A stretch of DNA of 64,000 nt, from sequence record DRR723986_697; one strand, given 5' to 3'. Of this stretch, positions 1 through 9,322 are shown in pieces. A program made the position numbers and the translations under genes. The notes under the pieces were generated by a model that was given only the letters and a program-made list of their open reading frames with translations, did not search any database and had not been told where the DNA came from. Each line of letters begins with the position of its first letter. Position 1 is the stretch's first letter.

Positions 1-30
1 TGCGGAGCCGGGCCCGGCTCCGCAGGGGAT

Positions 31-528
31 TCAGGCGGCGTACAAGTTGGTTTTCTGGTGGATCGCCGCGCCACCGGGCGGCGTGAGCAGCAGGCGGCGG
101 CTGGCAAGCTCTTCATCGTGGCACAATACCTGGTTGATCCGGCCGTCCGCCCCGGCCAGCGGCAGGCGGAGCCAGGCGTGCAGCCGCTCCCCGGTTTCAA
201 TCACACCGCCAACCGGCATGCCCCGATCGATTGCGGCGGACAGGCCGAGCGCGTAGGTCTCGGCTGCGGTACCCGCGACATCCTCGATCCGGCGGCCGCG
301 GGCTTCAAACCCCAGCAGGTCGCGCAGGCGGGACCCGGCGATCCGGAAGCGCCCCGCCCCCGATTCGTCGAACTCTACAATGGAAATGCTGGCCAGCACG
401 GACCGCAGGTGTCCCGGATCAATCGATTCGCGGCGCGGGACGCCGTCCGATTCGCCCAAGCGGCACCAATAGTCGACAAGGCTGCGCTGGACAGCGGTTA
501 CGCCTCTGAAAACATTCTGTTTGGTCAT
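31..528 (-). CDS. PAS-like domain protein (PAS_5/DUF1457 type)
   Basis: YW..L....PRR..IDP and FRIAGS.L motifs typical of alphaproteobacterial PAS_5 proteins. Confidence 0.7.
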   Translation of the reverse strand: MTKQNVFRGVTAVQRSLVDYWCRLGESDGVPRRESIDPGHLRSVLASISIVEFDESGAGRFRIAGSRLRDLLGFEARGRRIEDVAGTAAETYALGLSAAIDRGMPVGGVIETGERLHAWLRLPLAGADGRINQVLCHDEELASRRLLLTPPGGAAIHQKTNLYAA

Positions 529-677
529 CTTCAGCCACCCCCGTGGTGATTCGATAGAATCACCTATCGCGCGAGTTGCAGGTCCGAATCAAGAGTCTTT
601 GTGATGTTTTGTTAACCAAGATTACCCAAATATTTTGTTTCGCTCCCGGAACAACAAGTATTCGTGGCGGAGTTCTT

Positions 678-1091
678 TTACTTGTCTGCCCGGCCGAGGC
701 CCATCTTCTTGGCAAGCTTTGAGCGTTGGCGGGAATAGCCCGGCGCCACCATCGGATAGTCTGCCGGCAAGCCCCATTTCGCGCGGTATTCTTCTGGCGA
801 CATGTCGTAGGAGGTACGCAGATGGCGCTTCAGGGATTTGAATTTCTTCCCGTCCTCCAGGCAGATCAGGAAATTGTCGGACACAGATTTCGCAACAGGT
901 ACAGCAGGTTTAGGCTGCTGGGGTTGTGTATCGTTGCCCGCAACAGAAGACAGCGACTTGTGAACCAGACGGATCAGGTCCGGCAGGTCTTCTGAAGCGA
1001 CCGTGTTGTTGCCGACATACGCCGCCACGATCTTTGAAGCGTATTCGACCAGGGCCTGTTCGCCCTGTTCGCCCGTTTTTGCGTCTGACAC
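678..1091 (-). CDS. mucR: MucR/Ros family transcriptional regulator
   Basis: IVAAYVGNN, CLEDGKKFKSLKRHL and KWGLPADYPMVAP motifs; GTG start at 1091 preferred over the ORF-track start at 1127. Confidence 0.93.
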   Translation of the reverse strand: MSDAKTGEQGEQALVEYASKIVAAYVGNNTVASEDLPDLIRLVHKSLSSVAGNDTQPQQPKPAVPVAKSVSDNFLICLEDGKKFKSLKRHLRTSYDMSPEEYRAKWGLPADYPMVAPGYSRQRSKLAKKMGLGRADK

Positions 1092-1165
1092 CTGCTTGCC
1101 CCCTGCAACCCAGCTAACCATCAGCAACTAGTCACGGCCCAACAAACGTAAATCCCCAAATAGCA

Positions 1166-1200
1166 GACGCGGCCCCTGCCATACCAGCGGGAGCCGCGTC
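1166..1200 (-). terminator. Hairpin downstream of the mrp operon
   Basis: GACGCGGC...GCCGCGTC inverted repeat just after the last mrp gene; weak U-tract. Confidence 0.4.
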
Positions 1201-1226
1201 AGTGCCTTGGTTTCAGGCAGGCTTGT

Positions 1227-2990
1227 CTAGCCGACAGCCATGAAGGACAGCAGCAGCACAATGCCAAGCAGGGCCGCCGTCCAGATCGTCATCGCACCGT
1301 TCAGCGCGCCGCCACGCGCCAGTTCGCCCCGGGGGCTGAACGCCGCTTCGATCCAGTTATAGGCACGGCCGGTAATCCGGAAGAACGCTGCCGTCATGGC
1401 TGGCCCCGCCTTGCCCCACACTGTTCCGGCCCAGGTAACGAGGCCATAGCCAACCTTGCGATAGGACCAGTCGCTGTCCAGGATCACGCCGCGCTTCTCC
1501 GGCGGGTAGACGTGGAAACGTTTCAGCAGGACGAAGGCAAAGATGGCGAAGATCAGCAGCTGGAACTGCGTGATGATGTGATCGAACGAGAACAGGTGGT
1601 GATGGGAATAGCCCATCGCCTCCTCTCTGTAAGGCAGCAGGCCATAAAGCCATTCATGGCCGAAGCCCGGGAACAGCGCCGGCAGGCCGAGAAAGATGCA
1701 CAGGAAGGCCGCGATGCCCATGGCGAGCAGCATGTTGAACGGCGCTTCCTTCACACGAAGGCCGCTGTCATGGCCGAAGAAGGCGTAATACGGGATCTTG
1801 ATGCCCGAATGCTCAAGCACACCGGCCGACGCGAACATGAGCATCAGGAAGATCACCGCATAACCGGCGGTGGCCACTTCCGAGATGATCATCGACTTGG
1901 TCACAAAGGCCGAGAATAGCGGGAAGGCCGAAATCGCCATTGCACCGATGATGCAGAACAGGGTCGTCCACGGCATGGACCGGTGCAGACCGCCCAGCTG
2001 GCTCGCCTTCACGGTACCGGTACGATAGAGCACGGCGCCCATGGACATCATCAGAAGGCCTTTAAAGAAGATATCCGCAAAGGCGTGCGCCGCGACGCCA
2101 TTGATCGCCAGCGGCGTACCAATGCCGACACCGCAGACCATGAAGCCGACCTGGTTGTTGATCGAATAGGACAGCACGCGGCGCAGATCGTTTTCGATCA
2201 CGGCAAAGAAGACCGGGAAGACCGTCATCGTGGCGCCGATCCAGACCAGGTGCTCCTGCCCCGGGAACATGCGCGCCAGCGCGTAAACGGCCAGTTTGGT
2301 CGTGTAGACCGACAGCACGACAGAGCCGACCACGGTCGCCTTCGGATATGCATCCTGCAGCCAGTTGTGCAGCAGCGGGAACGCCGCCTTGATGCCGAAG
2401 GCGATAAAGATGAACAGCACGCCCGGATCGGACAGGTCTGTGAAGGCTTCGAGCGAAAGGTCCCCGCGCGACTTCAGGACGTAAGCGAGACCGTTCAGCA
2501 GTAGGACGCCGGACAGGACCTGCACGCCCAGATACCGCATGGCAGCGAAATAGGCTGCCCGCGTCTGCGCCCGCAGGATCAGGAAGACCGAGCTGATCGC
2601 CGTCAGTTCCCAGAACACGAACAAGGTCATCAGGTCGCCGGCCAGCGTCGCCGCGACGGCAGCCCCGGCATAGAACAGCGCGGCCCCGTCCTGAATCCGG
2701 TCATCGGAATGCAGGGCGTAAATGCCGTTCAGCACAGCCGCGATCAGGAATGCCAGGCTGAAAATGAAGTTCAGCGCATCAACGCGGTAGAGCACCATTT
2801 TCAGGCCAAGCACCTGCGTCGTCACAAGGTCCATGTTCTGCGGGGCGAAGACCAGCAGCAACAGCGCCAGAAGCGGCGCAGCAATGGTCACAACCTGGCG
2901 CGCCTGGCGCATGGTGATGAACAGGCTCGCGACGCCTGCGATGATCAGCACCCATCCGGGATTGAGACCTGCCAGCATGGACGGCATCAC
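1227..2990 (-). CDS. Mrp antiporter subunit D-like (proton-conducting membrane transporter)
   Basis: Multi-TM protein with FWEL, GIKAAFPLLHNWLQDAY and RVLSYS motifs of the MrpD/NuoM/N family. Confidence 0.85.
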   Translation of the reverse strand: MMPSMLAGLNPGWVLIIAGVASLFITMRQARQVVTIAAPLLALLLLVFAPQNMDLVTTQVLGLKMVLYRVDALNFIFSLAFLIAAVLNGIYALHSDDRIQDGAALFYAGAAVAATLAGDLMTLFVFWELTAISSVFLILRAQTRAAYFAAMRYLGVQVLSGVLLLNGLAYVLKSRGDLSLEAFTDLSDPGVLFIFIAFGIKAAFPLLHNWLQDAYPKATVVGSVVLSVYTTKLAVYALARMFPGQEHLVWIGATMTVFPVFFAVIENDLRRVLSYSINNQVGFMVCGVGIGTPLAINGVAAHAFADIFFKGLLMMSMGAVLYRTGTVKASQLGGLHRSMPWTTLFCIIGAMAISAFPLFSAFVTKSMIISEVATAGYAVIFLMLMFASAGVLEHSGIKIPYYAFFGHDSGLRVKEAPFNMLLAMGIAAFLCIFLGLPALFPGFGHEWLYGLLPYREEAMGYSHHHLFSFDHIITQFQLLIFAIFAFVLLKRFHVYPPEKRGVILDSDWSYRKVGYGLVTWAGTVWGKAGPAMTAAFFRITGRAYNWIEAAFSPRGELARGGALNGAMTIWTAALLGIVLLLSFMAVG

Positions 2991-3430
2991 GCGTCTCCCT
3001 CGGAAGTGTGGTGCGGCGCCGGCAGGTCATCTGCCATCGGCGCATCCGGATCGATGCCTTCAGGCGGTCCGCCTGCATCGCCGTAATAGTTTTCCTCCCG
3101 GCGCAGCAGGTGGCCCAGCGGCCAGCCCATGATCACGGCGAACGCGAAACAGACAAAGCCCCAGACGCCGTAGAAACCGGCATAATTTGCAAAGTTCAGA
3201 TACTCATGCCGCGCATGGAAGAAGTCGACAGAAATGACGGCCAGCGCCAGAGCCATCAACACGTAGAAGATGATGTTTCCGATGCCCTTGCGGTGCGTCC
3301 AGCCGAACAGGATCTGCGACAGAGGATGAATGCCGTCTTCCGACGGTGTGTTCAGATTGTGCACGGACTCTGCCGCACGCTTCACGAAGCGGCCGGATGT
3401 GTCGCGGCCATTTTCGGTCGGGTCGCTCAT
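2987..3430 (-). CDS. Small two-TM hypothetical protein in the mrp operon
   Basis: Overlaps both neighbours by 4 nt; two hydrophobic segments and an LRREENYY motif; start at MSDPTENG. Confidence 0.7.
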   Translation of the reverse strand: MSDPTENGRDTSGRFVKRAAESVHNLNTPSEDGIHPLSQILFGWTHRKGIGNIIFYVLMALALAVISVDFFHARHEYLNFANYAGFYGVWGFVCFAFAVIMGWPLGHLLRREENYYGDAGGPPEGIDPDAPMADDLPAPHHTSEGDA

Positions 3431-4935
3431 GGCTGGCCTCCATCCGCGATGTATTCGACGCGATCCCCGACGGTCGGGGACAGGAATTTCGAAATCGGGC
3501 CGACCGCGAAGAACAGGATGATACACAGCGTGGCCGTGATCAGCGGCGCGACAACTGTCGGCATCGGGGCCCCGTCCGGACGTTTGAACGGCTTCGGCTC
3601 CTTCGTGCCGGGCGGCGGCATCAGCGCCAGCAGCGGGATCGGCAGCAGGTAGGCGATGTTCAGCAGCGACGATGCGATCAGAACCAGCGACAGGTAGACA
3701 TTGTCATGGTCGATGGCGCCCTGCATCAGCTCATATTTCGGCCAGGCACCGGCGAACGGCGGCAGGCCGATGATCGACATGGAGCCGATCATGAAGGCGA
3801 TGAAGACCAGCGGCATCTTGCGGCCGAGACCGCGCATGTCGGAAATATTGGTCAGGCCCGTGGCGACGTAGATCGCGCCCGCGCACATGAACAGCGTCAT
3901 CTTGCCGGCGGCGTGGGCAGCGATCTGCAGGCTGCCGCCGAGCCAACCGGCCGGATCGGCCAGCATCGCACCGGCGACCACATAGGAGAGCTGCGCAATC
4001 GTCGAATAAGCAAGCCGCGCCTTCAGATTGTCCTTGGTCATGGCGACCAGCGAGCCGACCACCATGGTGAAACACGCCACCCAGAGCACGAATTCCCGCG
4101 CGGGCGTCGCCTCCAGGAGGTCCGTCCCGAAGATGAAAATGGCGATCTTCATGATCGTGAACACACCGGCCTTCACGACGGCCACAGCGTGCAGCAGGGC
4201 CGAGACCGGAGTCGGCGCGACCATGGCATTGGGCAGCCAGAAATGGACCGGCATCAGCGCGGCCTTGCCGACACCGAAGGCAAACAGGATCAGCAGCGCG
4301 CTGGCGACAGCCGGGCTGATGTCCACACCGGCGAGCAGGCCGCCTGGCACGAAATCGAGGTTCTGCCCGGCGAGGACCCAGGTCCACATGACAGCCGGCA
4401 GAAGCAAGCCGATCGAGGTGCCCATCAGGGTCAGCAGGTAGATGCGTCCGCCGCGCTTGGCCGCGGCATCGCCCTTGTGGGTCACCAGCGGGAAGGTCGA
4501 CAGCGTCAGCACTTCATAGAAGACGAACAGTGTGAACAGGTTGGCCGACATGGCGACGCCCAGGGCGCCGAAAATGGCGATGGCGAAGCAGATGTAGAAA
4601 CGCGTCTGGTTCCGCTCTCGGTTCCCGCGCATGTAACCGACCGAATAGAACGAGTTCACGATCCACAGGCCGCTGGCCACAAGGGCGAACAGCATGCCCA
4701 GCGGTTCCAGCTTGAAGGCGAGGCTGAGGCCCGGCGCCGCCTGACCAAGGTTCAGTTCCGGGCGCTCGCCGCCTGCGACGTGCATTGTCAGCAGGATGAT
4801 CACGACAAACAGGATCCCTGCCCCGGTGAAGGTCACCCCTTCCCGCAGGTTGGGCGACCAGCCCATCACGGCAATGCCAGCCGCAATCAGCAGCGGGAGG
4901 ACAAGCGCGGCGAGGATCAGGGTCTCAGGGCTCAT
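3427..4935 (-). CDS. Mrp antiporter subunit D family protein
   Basis: GKAALMPVHFWLPNAMVAPTPVSALLHAVAVVKAG and LKARLAYST motifs. Confidence 0.9.
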   Translation of the reverse strand: MSPETLILAALVLPLLIAAGIAVMGWSPNLREGVTFTGAGILFVVIILLTMHVAGGERPELNLGQAAPGLSLAFKLEPLGMLFALVASGLWIVNSFYSVGYMRGNRERNQTRFYICFAIAIFGALGVAMSANLFTLFVFYEVLTLSTFPLVTHKGDAAAKRGGRIYLLTLMGTSIGLLLPAVMWTWVLAGQNLDFVPGGLLAGVDISPAVASALLILFAFGVGKAALMPVHFWLPNAMVAPTPVSALLHAVAVVKAGVFTIMKIAIFIFGTDLLEATPAREFVLWVACFTMVVGSLVAMTKDNLKARLAYSTIAQLSYVVAGAMLADPAGWLGGSLQIAAHAAGKMTLFMCAGAIYVATGLTNISDMRGLGRKMPLVFIAFMIGSMSIIGLPPFAGAWPKYELMQGAIDHDNVYLSLVLIASSLLNIAYLLPIPLLALMPPPGTKEPKPFKRPDGAPMPTVVAPLITATLCIILFFAVGPISKFLSPTVGDRVEYIADGGQP

Positions 4936-6464
4936 CGGAACGCCTCCACACCGAAGGCTGCAGCGGCCGCGTCACGCGCGAGGCCGAGCGGGAAGTCCGC
5001 CGCGATGCCGAAATACAGATTGGCCAGCGCCAGAATCCAGAGCGGAACAAGCAGGAGGACCGGCGCCTCCTTGCGCGTCTTTCGCGGATTGACCGGAGGC
5101 TGGAAGAACACCGCCTCCAGAACGCGGCCCATATAGATCACCGCCAGGAAGGACGAGAACACGACGAGGCCGACGGCCCACCACAGGCCCTGGTCGAACA
5201 GGGCGAAGCCGAGCTGGAGCTTTGACTGGAAGCCCGCCGTCAGCGGCACGCCGATCAGAGATAGCGCAGCAATGGCAAATGCCGTCATGGTCCACGGTGC
5301 TGACCGTCCAAGTCCGGCAAAGTCCCGTATCGTCGTGCCCTGGTAGGTCAGAACCACGCCGGCGACCGCCATGAACAGCGCACCTTTCATCATGGCATGG
5401 TTGACCAGGTGGAAGAGACCGGCCGACAGGCCCGCGGTGGTGCCGATCGACACACCGAGGATCATGTATCCGACCTGCGCCACTGAGGAGTATGCGAGGA
5501 TCCGGCGCACATCGGTCTGGAAAACCGCCTGGAAGCTGCAGACCACCATGGCCGCGATGCCAAGCGGCATGAGGATCGCGCTGAAGGCGGAGATCTCGAA
5601 GCCGTAGTCCGGACGGAAGACGGTGAACAGGAACCGGATCAGCGCATAGAGCGCGACCTTGGTCGCCGTCGCCGACAGGAACATCGTCACGAAGGTCGGG
5701 CTGTAAGAATAGGCGTTCGGAAGCCACTGGTGCAGCGGCCACATGGCGGCCTTCAGGCCCAGGCCGACGAGGATGAAGGCAAAGCCTGCCTGCACGCTGC
5801 GATGCCCGGCCAGTTCCGGAAGCAGCGTGGAAATCTGGTACATGTTCAACGTGCCGGTCGCGGCATAGAGGAAGCCGATCCCGATGATGTAGAAGCTGGC
5901 GCCAAGCGTCCCCATGATCAGGTAGTTGAACGCGGCCGGCAGGGCCCGGCGGTCACGCCCTGACCCGAGCGCGACCAGCACATAGGTCGAGATCGAGGAA
6001 ATCTCGAGGAAGACGAACAGGTTGAACGCGTCGCCCGTGATCGCCACGCCGTTGAGTCCGGCAAAGCAGACGAGGAAAGCGGAATAGAACAGTGCCCGCT
6101 TCCGTTTCGGGATTTCCGCAACCACGGTCGGCCACGAGAAGACCGAGGCCAGCAAGCCAATCGTTGTGACGATCAGCAGGATCATGGCGTTCAGCGCATC
6201 GACGCGCAGCTCGATGCCCAGCGGCACAGGCCAGCGGCCGACTTCATAAGAGACCACACCGATCGGCGACGTCTGTATCAGGCCGAGCAGGATGAGCGCG
6301 AACAGGAAGCTGATGCCCGTTGCTGCGATCGAGATCAGCCACGCAACGCGGCCTGTCGGCACGAGCGCCAGCAACGGCGCCAGGAAGAGCGGCACCATGA
6401 CGAGCAGCGGCGCGGCATGCGTCAGCGCCCAGGCTGGCGCAGCATTCAGAATTGCGTCGATCAT
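4932..6464 (-). CDS. mrpD: Mrp antiporter subunit D
   Basis: GDAFNLFVFLEI, LKAAMWPLHQWLPNAY and RRILAYSSVAQVGY motifs. Confidence 0.9.
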   Translation of the reverse strand: MIDAILNAAPAWALTHAAPLLVMVPLFLAPLLALVPTGRVAWLISIAATGISFLFALILLGLIQTSPIGVVSYEVGRWPVPLGIELRVDALNAMILLIVTTIGLLASVFSWPTVVAEIPKRKRALFYSAFLVCFAGLNGVAITGDAFNLFVFLEISSISTYVLVALGSGRDRRALPAAFNYLIMGTLGASFYIIGIGFLYAATGTLNMYQISTLLPELAGHRSVQAGFAFILVGLGLKAAMWPLHQWLPNAYSYSPTFVTMFLSATATKVALYALIRFLFTVFRPDYGFEISAFSAILMPLGIAAMVVCSFQAVFQTDVRRILAYSSVAQVGYMILGVSIGTTAGLSAGLFHLVNHAMMKGALFMAVAGVVLTYQGTTIRDFAGLGRSAPWTMTAFAIAALSLIGVPLTAGFQSKLQLGFALFDQGLWWAVGLVVFSSFLAVIYMGRVLEAVFFQPPVNPRKTRKEAPVLLLVPLWILALANLYFGIAADFPLGLARDAAAAAFGVEAFR

Positions 6465-6985
6465 GCGGTCGCCTCGCTCACGGCTTTTTCCGCCTCGGCG
6501 TGTTGGGCCAGCGCGGTTTCAAGATCGATTTCATTCACTTCGTCATTCTCGATCGAGCCATAGGCTTCACGAATCCGCACGACGAGGGCGAGGCCGACCG
6601 ACAGGGTCGCCACACCGACGACAATGGCCGTCAGCATCAGGACGTGCGGCAGCGGGTTGGAATAGGTATTGGTCAGATGCGCCACGCGCTCGGCATGTTC
6701 CCCGCCTGCGGCCAGAACGGCATCGATCGCCGCATGGCCGCCTTCTGCCTCCGCGCCGTGACCGGCGCCATGATGTTCAATGGCATCGTCACCGAACAGG
6801 ATGGGCGCGGTGCCGCCGGACACTTTGCCGAGGGTCACATAGAACAGACAGATCGTCGTCTGGAACAGGCCGAGACCAACCATCCGCTTGATCAGATTCT
6901 GGGACGCAAAAGTGATGTAGAGGCCAATCATCATCAGGACGATGACGACCCAGTAGTTCGCGCGTTCGAGCAGGAATTCCAGCAT
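6461..6985 (-). CDS. mrpC: Mrp antiporter subunit C with His-rich insertion
   Basis: NLIKRMVGL and NPLPHVLMLTAIVVG motifs. Confidence 0.9.
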   Translation of the reverse strand: MLEFLLERANYWVVIVLMMIGLYITFASQNLIKRMVGLGLFQTTICLFYVTLGKVSGGTAPILFGDDAIEHHGAGHGAEAEGGHAAIDAVLAAGGEHAERVAHLTNTYSNPLPHVLMLTAIVVGVATLSVGLALVVRIREAYGSIENDEVNEIDLETALAQHAEAEKAVSEATA

Positions 6986-6988
6986 GGC

Positions 6989-7441
6989 TTACCAGTCCTC
7001 GTCGCGAATTTCGGCCACGCGGCCGGCAAAGGCGTAGAAGATCGTCAGCATTGCACCAGACACGCCGCAAAGCACGCCGAGTTCGATCCCGAGAATGCCG
7101 ATGTGCTGGCCGTGGTGCTCGCCGGGCGGTTCATGGAACAGGGCCTGGTATTCCAGGTAGTGGCCGCCCTGAAGCATCGCCCAGAAGCCGACGCCGGCAT
7201 AGATCATCACGCCGACCGCAGCGAGTGAGCGGGTAAAGACCGGCGGCACGGCGCGCATGGCCGCCGGCACGCCGAAGACGAGTGCATAAAGGATGACGGC
7301 GACGGCAATGATGACGCCCGCCTGGAAGCCGCCACCAGGGCCGAAGTCACCGTGGAACTGAACATAGAAGGCAAACATGGTGATCACGGGGATCAGCATT
7401 TTTGCGATGACGCGCAGGATGACGTGGTGATCGGTGTTCAT
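6989..7441 (-). CDS. mrpB: Mrp antiporter subunit B
   Basis: HGDFGPGGGFQAG motif. Confidence 0.9.
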   Translation of the reverse strand: MNTDHHVILRVIAKMLIPVITMFAFYVQFHGDFGPGGGFQAGVIIAVAVILYALVFGVPAAMRAVPPVFTRSLAAVGVMIYAGVGFWAMLQGGHYLEYQALFHEPPGEHHGQHIGILGIELGVLCGVSGAMLTIFYAFAGRVAEIRDEDW

Positions 7442-8079
7442 GAGGGATCCTCGTCACTGGCGGCCGAAGCCTTGCGTGTACTGTGATCACCCGAACGGCC
7501 TTCATTGCGGATACGCTCAGCCAGCGAACGCTCGCCAAAACCGAGCAGCAGCGCGACGGCAAGGCCGGCGGTAAACACGACGCATGTTTCGCCCAGCGTA
7601 TCAAAACCACGATAGCTGCCGAGGACCGGCGTTACGACGTTCGGGATGCCGGTTTCGAACCAGGCCACCTGAAGATAGGTAAGCCCCACGCCCGCATTGG
7701 CCGGCGAGGACGCATCGCCAAGCGCCGGAAGGTCCACAGTCGCGTAAATAAGGGCGGCGCCGGTCGCGAGGCAGACAAGCAGCGGACCAAGGCGGAAGAA
7801 GAGTTTTTCCGGTTTCGCCGTGCGCGAGGTAAGCAGCATGGCGCCCAGCAGGACGACCGTCGACATACCGGCGCCCACAGCCGCCTCAGTAAAGGCCACA
7901 TCCACCGCATCTACGGCAACATACCAGGCGGCGGACACGAGCGAGTAAATGCCAGACAACATGACGATCGCGAACAGGCTGCGCATCCTCGCAATCGCCA
8001 CACCCGTCGCAAACAGGATGGCGAGCAGGAAAATGTTGACGAGGACGATGCCGAAATCGCCGTTGAACATGCTGTGCAT
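7438..8079 (-). CDS. MrpB-related / MrpA C-terminal-like subunit (DUF4040)
   Basis: DVAFTEAAVGAG and PNVVT.VL..YRGFDTLGE motifs. Confidence 0.85.
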   Translation of the reverse strand: MHSMFNGDFGIVLVNIFLLAILFATGVAIARMRSLFAIVMLSGIYSLVSAAWYVAVDAVDVAFTEAAVGAGMSTVVLLGAMLLTSRTAKPEKLFFRLGPLLVCLATGAALIYATVDLPALGDASSPANAGVGLTYLQVAWFETGIPNVVTPVLGSYRGFDTLGETCVVFTAGLAVALLLGFGERSLAERIRNEGRSGDHSTRKASAASDEDPS

Positions 8080-8471
8080 CAGGCGTCCTCCCCTTCCGCG
8101 TCAGACGTTCCGACCCGGCCAATGATTGGCTGGACACCGGCAGTGTGGGCCGCGTTGGCCAGCGCATGCGACGCGGTCGGGCTGGTCAGGAAGATGAAGA
8201 CGCAGATCGCGAACAGTTTGGAGATGACCAGCCAGCCGGGCGAAATCAGCATCATGCCCATCAACACCAGCGCCGCGCCCGACGTGTCCGTAATCGATGC
8301 GGCGTGAATCCGCGTGTAGATGTCCGGGAAGCGCAGAACACCCACCGTACCGATCAGACAGAGGAGAGCCCCGCCAAGGCACATCAGGCCACCGAAGGGA
8401 AACCGGACAATCTCCCAATATCCGAGAATATCGGAGAAGAACTCACCCATCGGCATTGCCTCCCTGTCCAC
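8079..8471 (-). CDS. mrpG: Mrp antiporter subunit G
   Basis: GVLRFPDIYTRIHAAS and LTSPTASHALA motifs; true start may be a few codons downstream. Confidence 0.9.
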   Translation of the reverse strand: MDREAMPMGEFFSDILGYWEIVRFPFGGLMCLGGALLCLIGTVGVLRFPDIYTRIHAASITDTSGAALVLMGMMLISPGWLVISKLFAICVFIFLTSPTASHALANAAHTAGVQPIIGRVGTSDAEGEDA

Positions 8472-8739
8472 GGCGGACCAGAGGCACCTGGAAGGACCGG
8501 TAGCGGAAGAATTTCAGGATCGCGATTGTCGAAACGAAATTGATCAGCGCGTAAGTGATGGCGATGTCGAGGAATTCCGGACGGTCCATCACAAAGCCCA
8601 GCAGGCCAAGGACCAGAACGGTCTTGGTTCCGAACGAGTTCACCGCAAGAATGCGGTCATAGAGTGTCGGCCCGATGAAGGCGCGCAGCAACAGCAGCGC
8701 CATACCGAACAGGATCGCAATCAGCGCAGCGGCAATCAT
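8443..8739 (-). CDS. mrpF: Mrp antiporter subunit F
   Basis: GPTLYDRILAVN and LDIAITYALINF motifs. Confidence 0.9.
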   Translation of the reverse strand: MIAAALIAILFGMALLLLRAFIGPTLYDRILAVNSFGTKTVLVLGLLGFVMDRPEFLDIAITYALINFVSTIAILKFFRYRSFQVPLVRRGQGGNADG

Positions 8740-9230
8740 GCAGCAGTTCCCTTTCCGTCAATCGCGCGGGCAGAGCGCTGATCCATCTCGACGAACGCTT
8801 CCGGCTGGGAATCCTGTTCGTACAGTCCGTGCACCAGCAGCTTGTCGCCTTCGATCTCCACCGTCACGGTGCCTGGCGTCAGCGTAATGGAATTGGCGAA
8901 TGTCACTTTTGCCAGGTCGGAACGGCAGGTCGTTTTCACCTTTACCAGTGCCGGCGCAATATCCAGGTCTGCTTTCACGCAAGCACGGATGACGCTCAGG
9001 TTCGCTTTCACGATCTCCTTAGCGAGCCACGGGAAATAGAGAAGAAAACCCACGAGGCGCACATAAGGCGAGCCTTCCCGGTCAATGATGTCCAGCCTGT
9101 AGGCCAGAATACACGTCACGATGAGCGAGATGCCGCCCAAAGAAAGAATCAACGGGGTGTTATGGCCGGACATTCCGAGCCAGAACGCCGCCAAAGCCAG
9201 TACCAGCCCCAGAAAATACGCCACGCGCAA
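8736..9230 (-). CDS. mrpE: Mrp antiporter subunit E
   Basis: ANSITLTPGT and LLVH motifs. Confidence 0.9.
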   Translation of the reverse strand: MRVAYFLGLVLALAAFWLGMSGHNTPLILSLGGISLIVTCILAYRLDIIDREGSPYVRLVGFLLYFPWLAKEIVKANLSVIRACVKADLDIAPALVKVKTTCRSDLAKVTFANSITLTPGTVTVEIEGDKLLVHGLYEQDSQPEAFVEMDQRSARAIDGKGTAA

Positions 9231-9322
9231 CCCTCTTCCGATCGCCCTTAACCGGGATTGGGACTAAAGGTGTTAAGGGGTTTTGAAAAGCCCGTTCCCG
9301 ACGCTTTTACAGTTTTGAGCGG

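Noticed and set aside
600-660. CtrA site upstream of the PAS gene (also near 9250 and 10570)
   Set aside because: Only TTAAC half-sites; no full TTAA-N7-TTAA
3346-5136. 596-aa plus-strand ORF and many other long antisense ORFs (e.g. 16606-17703, 18167-19336, 23318-24574, 26154-27503, 59404-60714)
   Set aside because: They are shadow frames of well-supported genes on the opposite strand, common in high-GC DNA, and carry no motifs
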